From a virus, in the UHGV virus genome UHGV-1735045: a DNA stretch of 15,250 nucleotides; one strand, given 5' to 3'. Of the stretch, positions 1 to 7,754 are shown one piece after another (positions within the stretch are counted from its first letter, which is position 1; every line of letters begins with the position of its first letter). The notes under the pieces are model-generated. The model was given only the letters and a program-made list of their open reading frames with translations, did no database searches and was not told where the DNA came from. Position numbers and translations under genes: made by a program.

Positions 1-918
1 AGATAATGCAGCCGCTGTTTTTGAACCTGCCGCAGCTGAGGCGCTCTGTCCCGCTGCTGTTTCAGAAGACCTGGCGTTCGTCTCGGACGTTTTTGCCGCC
101 TTCGCGGAATTTCCTGCCGCCGTTGCCGAGGAAGCTGCACTACTGGCACTTGATGATGCATTCGTTTCTGAAGATTTCGCTGCCTCTTTTGAGGCCGCCG
201 CACCCCGTGCCGAGGTGGCAGCTTCTGACGCCTTCGTGGTCGCTGTGGATGCAGAAGTGGCTGCCGATTTTTGTGATGCTGCGGCATTCGTTTCTGACGT
301 TTTCGCGGCACTGGCGCTGGTAGCTGCCGCGCTTTTTGATGACTCTGCAGCAGCAGCACTTTTTGCTGCTTCACGGGCCTTTGTCGATGCCGTTCCTGCG
401 CTGGAAGACGCTGACTGAGCCGACGACGCGGCCTGTCCGGCTGACGTGCTGGCGGCACGTGCTGAGGCTGCAGCATCGGTTGCATGAGTTGCCGCCTCGC
501 TGGCTGATGCACTGGCATCGCTGGCTGATTTTTTCGCGGCTGCCGTATTCTGTGCAACCGCGGAGGCGTTACGTGACACCTCTTCCACCATCTGCTCAAA
601 GCGGCGCAGTGCCTCCGGCATGACATCATCTTCCGTCATGGCACCGAGAAAATCATTCAGCGTACCTGGTCTGGAACCTTCATAGACGGTAATGGTCCCG
701 GCATGTGAAGGCGGAAAACCTTCAACCAGCAGGGTGACGCTGTACTGACCATGCTCAACATCCATGCTGTAACGTCCGGCTTCATCCGGATTTTCAGAAG
801 CCACCGTGTTCACCAGTACCGTGGTGCTGTTACGCTTTGCCTTCAGTTGAATAGTGCAGTTCTGTATTGGTTTTCCCGCACCATCTTTCAGCACACCTGA
901 GATTTTTACTGCTGCCAT
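1..918 (-). CDS. stf: Side tail fibre protein Stf, N-terminal 306 codons (partial; gene continues beyond window start)
   Basis: Minus-strand frame is open from ATG at 918-916 to position 1. Translation begins MAAVKISGVLKDGAGKPIQNCTIQLKAKRNSTTV..., which I recognise as the lambda Stf (orf-401) N-terminus, followed by an Ala/Ser-rich low-complexity region. It is absent from the ORF track because it runs off the window edge. Confidence 0.85.
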   Translation of the reverse strand, partial: MAAVKISGVLKDGAGKPIQNCTIQLKAKRNSTTVLVNTVASENPDEAGRYSMDVEHGQYSVTLLVEGFPPSHAGTITVYEGSRPGTLNDFLGAMTEDDVMPEALRRFEQMVEEVSRNASAVAQNTAAAKKSASDASASASEAATHATDAAASARAASTSAGQAASSAQSASSSAGTASTKAREAAKSAAAAESSKSAAATSASAAKTSETNAAASQKSAATSASTATTKASEAATSARGAAASKEAAKSSETNASSSASSAASSATAAGNSAKAAKTSETNARSSETAAGQSASAAAGSKTAAALS

Positions 919-929
919 ATCCACTCCAC

Positions 930-956
930 AAAAAAGCCCGCCTGAACCGGCGGGCT
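930..956 (-). terminator. Rho-independent terminator-like hairpin between lom and stf
   Basis: On the minus strand: AGCCCGCC-GGTTCA-GGCGGGCT (8-bp GC-rich stem, 6-nt loop) followed by a U5 run (plus-strand A-tract 930-934). It lies 27 nt downstream of the lom stop. Confidence 0.6.
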
Positions 957-982
957 GTCATAACACTGTGTTACCTGGCTAA

Positions 983-1582
983 TCAGAATTTATAACCGAC
1001 ACCCACGATGAAACCGTCAGTGCGCCAGTCACCACTGCCGGAACCTTCATAAGCAAGGTCAATGGCCACGGATTCGGTCGGGTTAAACTGCACGCCAGCC
1101 CCCCACGCCAGAGACGTGTTGCTGTGGCGACCGTCATCACTTCCGGTCAGCACATCGTGCGTTTTCCCCTTGTTGTCAGTTACGCGGAGATAATCCCCGG
1201 AGAAAGTCGACACACGGCTGTAAGCCACACCCACCATCGCATACGCGCTGAACCATTCATTCACGCGTACAGACGGCCCCGCCATCACGCTGAACCAGCG
1301 GTTACGCACGGAATCTTCATGCCAGCGGGTATCGCTGTAGTGCGTTTTTTGCTCATCCTCAGCATTGGCATAACTGAAGGACGTAATCAGCCCCAGCGCG
1401 TCCGTAAACTCATAACGGTATTTCACGTTAATCCCGTTCAGATTATCGCTGCCGGGAGCGTTCGTACGGGCATGAAGATACCCCGCGCTCAGTGTGGACT
1501 GATGTTCAGACGCCCATGCAGGCGCACCGGATACGGACAGACAGATGGCTGCGGACAAAATGGCTGCACAAACTTTACGCAT
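983..1582 (-). CDS. lom: Lom-family outer membrane beta-barrel protein (Ail/Lom/OmpX/PagC family), 199 aa
   Basis: ORF 983..1582. N-terminal signal peptide MRKVCAAILSAAICLSVSGAPAWA. The C-terminal strand ...DLAYEGSGSGDWRTDGFIVGVGYKF matches the lambda Lom C-terminus as I recall it, ending in the terminal aromatic residue typical of OMP barrels. SD-like GAGAGG lies upstream of the ATG. Position immediately downstream of J is as in lambda. Confidence 0.9.
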   Translation of the reverse strand: MRKVCAAILSAAICLSVSGAPAWASEHQSTLSAGYLHARTNAPGSDNLNGINVKYRYEFTDALGLITSFSYANAEDEQKTHYSDTRWHEDSVRNRWFSVMAGPSVRVNEWFSAYAMVGVAYSRVSTFSGDYLRVTDNKGKTHDVLTGSDDGRHSNTSLAWGAGVQFNPTESVAIDLAYEGSGSGDWRTDGFIVGVGYKF

Positions 1583-1603
1583 AATTACCTCTCGCTTTTC
1601 TGC

Positions 1604-1630
1604 AATAAAAAAGGCGCCATTTCTGGCGCC
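1604..1630 (-). terminator. Rho-independent terminator-like hairpin between J and lom
   Basis: On the minus strand: GGCGCC-AGAAAT-GGCGCC (6-bp all-GC stem) followed by TTTTTTATT (plus-strand A6 at 1607-1612). It starts 20 nt after the J stop and ends 22 nt before the lom ATG. Confidence 0.6.
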
Positions 1631-1649
1631 CGTATTGGGGTTATAAAAT

Positions 1650-4600
1650 TCAGCTAATCGTGATGCCTGCAGTGGCTTTCTTCATCACAACAACCAGCAA
1701 ATCGCTGATACTTGCTGTGGGATACCAGCCATTTACCCACCATGCTGATACAGAAAACTCCAGCGTCATGTGGCCGCGACCAGCAGGCATATCAATAACA
1801 CCACTGTAAATCAGCGTATTATCCAGCGCGGTACGGTTATAAATTTCAGCACCGTTTTTCCGTACTATCAGGCGGCATGACGAATAAGTATCGCTGTTCT
1901 CCCGCTCATGTCTGGCACCGCTGAAAGCCACCGCCGGAATAACAATCTGCCGGTTAAACGGCTGATCGTCATAAACCCTGACGGTAATGGTTCCTGATGG
2001 CCAACGCTCCGGTGCACGGGAGTCACGGGGGAAAGCCTTACCCACTGTTTTAACGAGATCGCCTTCAATCTGGTTTGCAGACAGTTTCCCTCTGATGACA
2101 CAGTTCTCGTTAATGGTGACATTATTGAGCGTGCCGGTATTCGCCGTGATGGCTCCACTGATATCCGCATTGCGGGCTGTCAGCCTGCCATCCGGCGTCA
2201 GGGAAAACGTCGGAGGATTGCCGGATGACGTGATGCTCACCGCAAACAGTCGCTTCAGGAACACGTCGTTCATGAACAGCTGATTCCCCTGCGCCACAAA
2301 CAGCGGCGTGGTGTTGCCGTTCTCCGGGGTAATCATCGCAATGCGATCGGCCTGCAGCAGAATGTTACTCAGGGTCTGACCATCAACATCCTCAATCCCC
2401 GCGCCAATCCCGGCCACATAGGGAATACCGTTTTTTGTTTTCTGCACCTTCAGCATATACATGGCATTCAGCTCATTGCGCGTGTCTGACTGAACCCGCT
2501 GGATTTGCTGTATGGTCACGGCCTGGTCACCCAGCTTTTTATCCGTGGTCGAGGTAATTTCACTCCCTTTTTTATCCACGTACTGGCGGACCTGTGCTAT
2601 CTGTCGGGCGTTTTCTGACTGCCCCTGGCTGACAGTCTGTGAGATTTCACTGCTCACCCGGTCCACTTTCTGGCTCACCTGCGCGATGGCCAGTGTCTGG
2701 TCCTCATTCTTTTTCGCAACCAGCTGCGTGAGGCTGTTTTCCGCCTTCCCGATTTTCCGGGTCACTTCTGCGATATCCGTGTCCATCCGCTGACGGATAT
2801 CTTCTTCCAGTTGCGTGACCTCCGTACGCAGCGCTGAAGCATCAATGCGCTCTTTCAGTGCCTGCCCCAGAAGCGTCTCATCTATCAGCCCCCGGAAAAT
2901 TTCCAGATACCCTTCACCATCATTGCTGGGCTGCCCGCTGGCTTCCACAAAAGCAGATTTTCCCACCAGGTTGACGCTTCGCACGTAAAACCAGAAATCC
3001 GTCCCCGGCTTAATCCGGCTCCCCTGGACAGTCCACTGACTGCCGGTCCCCAGATAACGGGCAGATTTTTCCACCTGTGCTGTGTTCGTGATGCGTTTTT
3101 CCGAAAACCAGAACTCAAACTGCACCGTCGGGTCATACACCGCAAGACGCGGGACCGCCGTTATCTGAAAATACCCCGGCGTCAGCTCAATGGTGGCGGG
3201 TTTTGCAGGTGCGTTAATCCGGAACGATACCGACGCCGGATCGCCCTGCTGTCCCCGGGCATTTACCGCCCGGACCGTCAGCGTGTAACGCCCCAGCGCC
3301 AGCTGCCTGAAGCGGTAAGTGGTTTCCGCCGTCCGGGCCGTGCTGACCAGCCGCTCACTGCCGTCATCCGCTGTTACGGTCAGACGGAGCAGGAAGCTCA
3401 CGCCCTTCACCACCTTCGGCGTGTCCCAGCGCGCCAGCACCTGATATTCCCCGCTGTCTGCGGTGACTTCGGCGGTCAGGTGCTGCACCGCTGGCGGCGT
3501 GACACCATTCACCGTGCCACTCTGTTCGCCGTCAAAGTGCGCCCCGTTATCCACGATGGCCTCTTTTTCCGGTACATGCTGCACGGCGGTGATGGCATAC
3601 GTGCCGTCGTCATTCTCACGGATACTCACGCAGCGGAACAGGCGCTGGCGCAGCGTCGGCAGCTTAAGCCCCCACACGCTGTATTCAGCAACACCGTCAG
3701 GAACACGGCTCACTTTTACCTTCACGCCGTCGGTGACGGACTGAACCTCCACGCTGACCGGACTCCCCTGCCCGTCAACCAGGCTTATCAGCGTGGTGCC
3801 GGAGGATGGCAGCGTGATTTCACGGTCGAGCGTCAGCGTCCGGGTCTGGCTGTTCACCGCCAGCACGCGCCCGCCGGTGCTGATACCCGCATAGTCATCA
3901 TCGCAGATTTCAATGACATCCCCCGGTACATGGCGAAGCCCTTCCGCACCCACGCTGAAGTCCACGGTCTGCGTTTCCAGCAGTTCCGTTTTAATCAGCC
4001 ACAGCCCGGCGCGGTGCGCCTGCCCCCGGCTGGTACAGCCAAAGGCATCCATCTTCGTGACGTTACGACCGTAACGGGCAATGGCCTGCGTATCTTCAAC
4101 AAGCTCTGTCGCCGTCTCCCAGCCGTTGTTCGGGTCAATCCAGTTCACCTCAACGGCATTATGGCGGTCCTTCAGGGCGCTGAAGCTGTAGCGGAACGGC
4201 GCGCCATCATCCGGCATCACCACATTACTGCGGTTATAGGTCCACACCTTATCTGATGGTCGGTCCTGCACGAACGTCAGCGTCTGCCCGTTCCATACCG
4301 GCATACAGCGCATCGCCGAGCAGAAATCACTGAGAACATCCCACGCCTTACGCTGTGTGGTCAGCCAGGCATTACAGGTGATGCGCGGCTCCGTGCCGCC
4401 AAAGCCGTCCGGCACTGACTGGTCGCAGTACTGGCCGATGACATACAGCGCCCATTTATCCACATCCGCCGCACCAAGACGTTTCCCCATGCCGTAGCGC
4501 GGATGGGTCAGCATATCCCACAGACACCAGGCCATGTTGTTGCTGTATGCTGGCTTAAACGTTCCGTCCCAGATACCGCTGTATTGCCGCGTCTGCGGGT

Positions 4601-5348
4601 TATAGTTCGACGGCACCTGCAGAATGCGCCCGCGAAGATGATAATTACGGCTCACCTGCTGGCTGCCGAACTGCTCCGAGTCCACCTGTACGCCGACCAG
4701 TGCCGTGTTCGGGTAGCACTGTTTCACATCGATGATTTCTGTGTATGACGACCAGAGCGTTTTGTTCTGCAGCTGGTCTGTGGTGCTGTCCGGCGTCATC
4801 CTGCGCATCCGGATATTAAACGGGCGCGGCGGCAGGTTATCCACCACCACCGAGGCCAGATACTGCGACGTGGTTTTGCCCTTAATGGTGATGTCTTTTT
4901 CCGTCACCCAGCCACCGTTACGCTGTATCTGAACCAGCAGACGGACTTCCGACGGATTCCTGTCACCCTTTGAGGTGGTTTCCACCAGTGCCTGCACACC
5001 GAAGGTAAAGCGCAGACGGTCGATGTTTGCCGACGTGATGGTCCGGGTAATCGGCGTGTCGTACTTCACTTCCGTACCCAGCACCGTCTCGGAGCCGGAG
5101 GATTCAAACCCCTCCGGCGGTGTCTGCTCCTGCTCACCGGCACGGAACACCACCGTGACACCGGAGATGTTGGTATTCCCCTCAGTGTCCAGCACCGGCG
5201 TATTGTTCAGCAGCACGCTTTTTAATCCATCCACCGGACCTTCAACCGGCCCTTCGCTGATGGCATCGATCACACTCAGCAGCTGCGTGGACTTCAGGTT
5301 GTCCTTCGCTTCGCGCGGGGTATGCCCCTTACTGCTTCCTTTACCCAT
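1650..5348 (-). CDS. J: Central tail fibre / tail tip host-specificity protein J, 1232 aa, with extended coiled-coil segment and divergent C-terminal receptor-binding region
   Basis: ORF 1650..5348. The first ~800 residues ([34 protein letters not shown]...) are near-identical to lambda J as I recall it. The conserved motifs YVAGIG and [18 protein letters not shown] are present. The C-terminal ~170 aa differ from lambda. SD GAGGA lies upstream of the ATG. Confidence 0.95.
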   Translation of the reverse strand: MGKGSSKGHTPREAKDNLKSTQLLSVIDAISEGPVEGPVDGLKSVLLNNTPVLDTEGNTNISGVTVVFRAGEQEQTPPEGFESSGSETVLGTEVKYDTPITRTITSANIDRLRFTFGVQALVETTSKGDRNPSEVRLLVQIQRNGGWVTEKDITIKGKTTSQYLASVVVDNLPPRPFNIRMRRMTPDSTTDQLQNKTLWSSYTEIIDVKQCYPNTALVGVQVDSEQFGSQQVSRNYHLRGRILQVPSNYNPQTRQYSGIWDGTFKPAYSNNMAWCLWDMLTHPRYGMGKRLGAADVDKWALYVIGQYCDQSVPDGFGGTEPRITCNAWLTTQRKAWDVLSDFCSAMRCMPVWNGQTLTFVQDRPSDKVWTYNRSNVVMPDDGAPFRYSFSALKDRHNAVEVNWIDPNNGWETATELVEDTQAIARYGRNVTKMDAFGCTSRGQAHRAGLWLIKTELLETQTVDFSVGAEGLRHVPGDVIEICDDDYAGISTGGRVLAVNSQTRTLTLDREITLPSSGTTLISLVDGQGSPVSVEVQSVTDGVKVKVSRVPDGVAEYSVWGLKLPTLRQRLFRCVSIRENDDGTYAITAVQHVPEKEAIVDNGAHFDGEQSGTVNGVTPPAVQHLTAEVTADSGEYQVLARWDTPKVVKGVSFLLRLTVTADDGSERLVSTARTAETTYRFRQLALGRYTLTVRAVNARGQQGDPASVSFRINAPAKPATIELTPGYFQITAVPRLAVYDPTVQFEFWFSEKRITNTAQVEKSARYLGTGSQWTVQGSRIKPGTDFWFYVRSVNLVGKSAFVEASGQPSNDGEGYLEIFRGLIDETLLGQALKERIDASALRTEVTQLEEDIRQRMDTDIAEVTRKIGKAENSLTQLVAKKNEDQTLAIAQVSQKVDRVSSEISQTVSQGQSENARQIAQVRQYVDKKGSEITSTTDKKLGDQAVTIQQIQRVQSDTRNELNAMYMLKVQKTKNGIPYVAGIGAGIEDVDGQTLSNILLQADRIAMITPENGNTTPLFVAQGNQLFMNDVFLKRLFAVSITSSGNPPTFSLTPDGRLTARNADISGAITANTGTLNNVTINENCVIRGKLSANQIEGDLVKTVGKAFPRDSRAPERWPSGTITVRVYDDQPFNRQIVIPAVAFSGARHERENSDTYSSCRLIVRKNGAEIYNRTALDNTLIYSGVIDMPAGRGHMTLEFSVSAWWVNGWYPTASISDLLVVVMKKATAGITIS

Positions 5349-5370
5349 TCCTCACGCTCCATAAATGACA

Positions 5371-5390
5371 AAACCGCCCGCAGGCGGTTT
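5371..5390 (-). other. Intergenic RNA hairpin between I and J (weak terminator-like)
   Basis: On the minus strand: AAACCGCC-TGCG-GGCGGTTT, then TGTCATTTATGG, leading into the J SD and ATG. Sits in the 60-nt I-J gap. Confidence 0.35.
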
Positions 5391-5408
5391 CACATAAAAC
5401 ATTTTGCA

Positions 5409-6080
5409 TCAGCGACCAATCACCACAACCTGACCACCGTCCCCTTCGTCTGCCGTGCTGATCTCCTGAGAAACCACGCGTGACCCCACGCGCATTTCCC
5501 CGTACAGAACGGGCAGAACATTGCCCTGGGCAACCATGTTATCCAGTGAAGAAAAATAGGTGTTCTGTTTGCCGTTATCCGTTGTCTGTGTGCGGGGGAT
5601 TTTGGGTTTAGGGGCCAGCATCTGCGCCACACCACCGAGCACCATACTGGCACCAAGAGAAAACAGGATGCCGGTCATACCACCGGCCCCAATGGCTGCC
5701 CCCCATGCTGCAAGGGTGGCTCCGGCAGTAAAGAATGATCCGGCAATGGCGGCAGCTCCCAGGACAATCTGGAATACGCCACCTGACTTGGCCCCGGCGA
5801 CTCTGGGAACAATATGAATCACAGCGCCATCAGGCAGAGTCTCATGTAACTGCGCCGTTAATCCGGACGTGCTGACATCCCGCCCGGCAATCCGTACCTG
5901 ATACCAGCCGTCGCTCAGCTTCTGACGAAACGCCGGGAGCTGTGTGGCCAGCGCCCGGATGGCTTCGGCCCCCGTTTTCACACGAAGGTCGATGCGGCGG
6001 CCAAATCGTTGTAAATCCCCGTAAAGGCAGATGCGTGCCATGCCCGGTGACGCCAGAGGGAGTGTGTGCGTCGCTGCCAT
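5409..6080 (-). CDS. I: Tail tip assembly protein I, 223 aa
   Basis: ORF 5409..6080. Sequence MAATHTLPLASPGMARICLYGDLQRFGRR... matches lambda gpI. The 672-nt length and 103-nt overlap with the K 3' end are exactly as in lambda. Confidence 0.93.
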   Translation of the reverse strand: MAATHTLPLASPGMARICLYGDLQRFGRRIDLRVKTGAEAIRALATQLPAFRQKLSDGWYQVRIAGRDVSTSGLTAQLHETLPDGAVIHIVPRVAGAKSGGVFQIVLGAAAIAGSFFTAGATLAAWGAAIGAGGMTGILFSLGASMVLGGVAQMLAPKPKIPRTQTTDNGKQNTYFSSLDNMVAQGNVLPVLYGEMRVGSRVVSQEISTADEGDGGQVVVIGR

Positions 6081-6721
6081 TTGTCGGTATACCTCTCTCG
6101 TTTGCTCAGTTGTTCAGGAATATGGTGCAGCAGCTCGCCATCACCACAGTAAATGGCGGCATGATTCGGCACCGATGAACCAAAACAGCACAGCAGCACA
6201 TCGCCCGGTTGTGCTGATGACAACGGCACCTGATACAGCCCTGTGGCCTCCAGATTATCCAGATAGAGATTCTGACCGTGACGCCACCAGTCATCCTCGC
6301 GATGAAAATCCGGCATCTCAATCCCCGCCAGATGATAAGCATCCCGGAACAGCGTGTAACAGTCCGTCACCCCGTGCTCAAAGCGCCGCCCGGTGAGATG
6401 CGGCACACAGAGGAACTTATGAATCGTCCCCCGGCAGACCAGCCACCACGGCAAATCACTCTGCACCTGCAGCCGCCGGTCGGCTTCACTCAGCCAGGGC
6501 AGACCACCGGGATGGCTGTGGACCAGCGCGACAATCTCACCCTGCATCTCTGCCTGCAGCCAGTCCTCCGGCGACATACGGAAATACGCCTCCGGCTCAC
6601 CGGAGATATTCACGCAGGGAAAATATCTTTCCCCCTCCGGCGTTCTCACCACGAAGCCGCACGACTCCGCTGGCGCACATCGCCGGGCGTGCGCCAGAAT
6701 CGCTGATTCTGTCTCTGTCAT
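5978..6721 (-). CDS. K: Tail tip assembly protein K (JAB/MPN + NlpC/P60 two-domain protein); long form 247 aa, with the lambda-annotated 199-aa form starting at 6577
   Basis: ORF 5978..6721. Contains the JAMM-like motif HSHPGGLPWLSEAD (H-x-H-x7-S-x2-D) and a downstream Cys/His-containing region (GVTDCYTLF ... NHAAIY ... HH) consistent with NlpC/P60. The frame is open upstream to an ATG at 6721, 5 nt after the L stop. The internal ATG at 6577 (MSPEDW...) corresponds to the conventional lambda K start. Confidence 0.85.
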   Translation of the reverse strand: MTETESAILAHARRCAPAESCGFVVRTPEGERYFPCVNISGEPEAYFRMSPEDWLQAEMQGEIVALVHSHPGGLPWLSEADRRLQVQSDLPWWLVCRGTIHKFLCVPHLTGRRFEHGVTDCYTLFRDAYHLAGIEMPDFHREDDWWRHGQNLYLDNLEATGLYQVPLSSAQPGDVLLCCFGSSVPNHAAIYCGDGELLHHIPEQLSKRERYTDKWQRRTHSLWRHRAWHASAFTGIYNDLAAASTFV

Positions 6722-6726
6722 GGGAT

Positions 6727-7425
6727 TTACTGCGAAAGTTTGTTAATGGAAAGGAAGCCGCCAAAGTTGCCGACGTTATTGCGAAACTTACAGCCACTCA
6801 GGCATTTGCTGCATTTATCCTTCGTGATATCGGACGTCGGCTGGTCATATTCATCAGCGACAGCCGGACCGTGATAACCGCACTCATCACCGCGATAGGT
6901 CCAGGTGCAGGTGTTGGCCAGCATGATGCGCCCCGGAAAAACGGCACCATCCGTTTCCGTCGGCGTGGACAGTACAAAAGAGGCACTGACCGCGCTCAGT
7001 TCGCTGCACTGCTCGATGCGCCAGCGGCTGATCACCTCCTGCTCCGGATCGGCGTCGCTGTTTCCGTTGACGAAGTTCACCGCATCCAGAAAACGGGCAT
7101 AAACCTTACGCCTGACCACCGTTCCGCCGACCAGACTCTGCAGGTCTTCCGCCATCCCGGTGACCATACCGTACAGGTTAGAAACCGTCAGCGTGGGGCG
7201 CGTACTGGTGCCTTTGCCATTCAGTTCAAAACCACTCCCCTGAATGGGATACGGCTGATACTGTCGCCCCTGCCAGGTGACCGGCTCACCTTTTTCGTTC
7301 TGCTCATTACAGAAAAAATAACGTTCTCCACCGACCTCTGTCAGGTCGATTTCCCAGAGCACCACGCTGGCCGACTGCTCCGCACGGGTGCATTCATTCA
7401 GTGTTTCCTGCCGGATATCCTGCAT
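6727..7425 (-). CDS. L: Tail tip assembly protein L, 232 aa, with C-terminal cysteine cluster
   Basis: ORF 6727..7425. Sequence MQDIRQETLNECTRAEQSASVVLWEIDL... matches lambda gpL. Length 699 nt as in lambda. Cys residues at 173, 182, 205, 208 and 212. The L ATG overlaps the M stop (TGATG). Confidence 0.93.
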   Translation of the reverse strand: MQDIRQETLNECTRAEQSASVVLWEIDLTEVGGERYFFCNEQNEKGEPVTWQGRQYQPYPIQGSGFELNGKGTSTRPTLTVSNLYGMVTGMAEDLQSLVGGTVVRRKVYARFLDAVNFVNGNSDADPEQEVISRWRIEQCSELSAVSASFVLSTPTETDGAVFPGRIMLANTCTWTYRGDECGYHGPAVADEYDQPTSDITKDKCSKCLSGCKFRNNVGNFGGFLSINKLSQ

Positions 7426-7754
7426 CAGTTCACCACCTGTTCAAACTCTGCGCTGAACTCAACACGCAGCATACTGACCCGCGACGACCATTTTGCGCAG
7501 GTCACCTTTATCTGCCGCCACTCATAAGGCGGCGTCCACAGAAAGGCTTTCCAGCCCCCGTGCTCTTCCAGAAACGACTCCAGCGCCGCGGCCTCCCAAC
7601 GGGGAACAGAAAGCGTCACGCTGTACGTTTTCAGGTTGGCATTCAGCCCGGCAGGCGCTCGCTGGGAATAGCCATCACCAAAGCGCACCTTTCTTACAGA
7701 AGGGGCCGAAGCCACATCCATACCGGGTTTCACTTTCCAGCGGAAGGTTTTCAT
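7425..7754 (-). CDS. M: Tail tip assembly protein M, 109 aa
   Basis: ORF 7425..7754. Sequence MKTFRWKVKPGMDVASAPSVRKVRFGDGYSQRAPAGLNANL... matches lambda gpM. Length 330 nt as in lambda. The start overlaps the H stop. Confidence 0.93.
   Translation of the reverse strand: MKTFRWKVKPGMDVASAPSVRKVRFGDGYSQRAPAGLNANLKTYSVTLSVPRWEAAALESFLEEHGGWKAFLWTPPYEWRQIKVTCAKWSSRVSMLRVEFSAEFEQVVN

Noticed and set aside
6-623. Plus-strand ORFs 6..323, 215..418 and 336..623
   Set aside because: Antisense to the Stf N-terminal low-complexity region. Their translations are Ala/Leu/Pro-rich artefacts of the GC-rich repeat composition, and the minus strand carries a recognisable stf frame.
1124-1657. Plus-strand ORF antisense to lom (177 aa)
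   Set aside because: Fully overlaps the well-supported lom gene on the opposite strand. No recognisable motifs and no RBS context.
1631-1690. Possible sigma70 promoter for lom inside the 3' end of J (TTGTGA ... TATAAC-like hexamers on the minus strand)
   Set aside because: Hexamers are poor matches (the -10 candidate lacks the conserved final T) and spacing is not convincing. I cannot support a promoter call from sequence alone.
3480-4256. Plus-strand 258-aa ORF, plus other ORFs (1987..2283, 2512..2793, 4503..5364) inside J
   Set aside because: All are antisense to the strongly conserved J coding frame. Long antisense ORFs are expected by chance in GC-rich coding DNA, and the proteins are Arg/His-rich and low-complexity.
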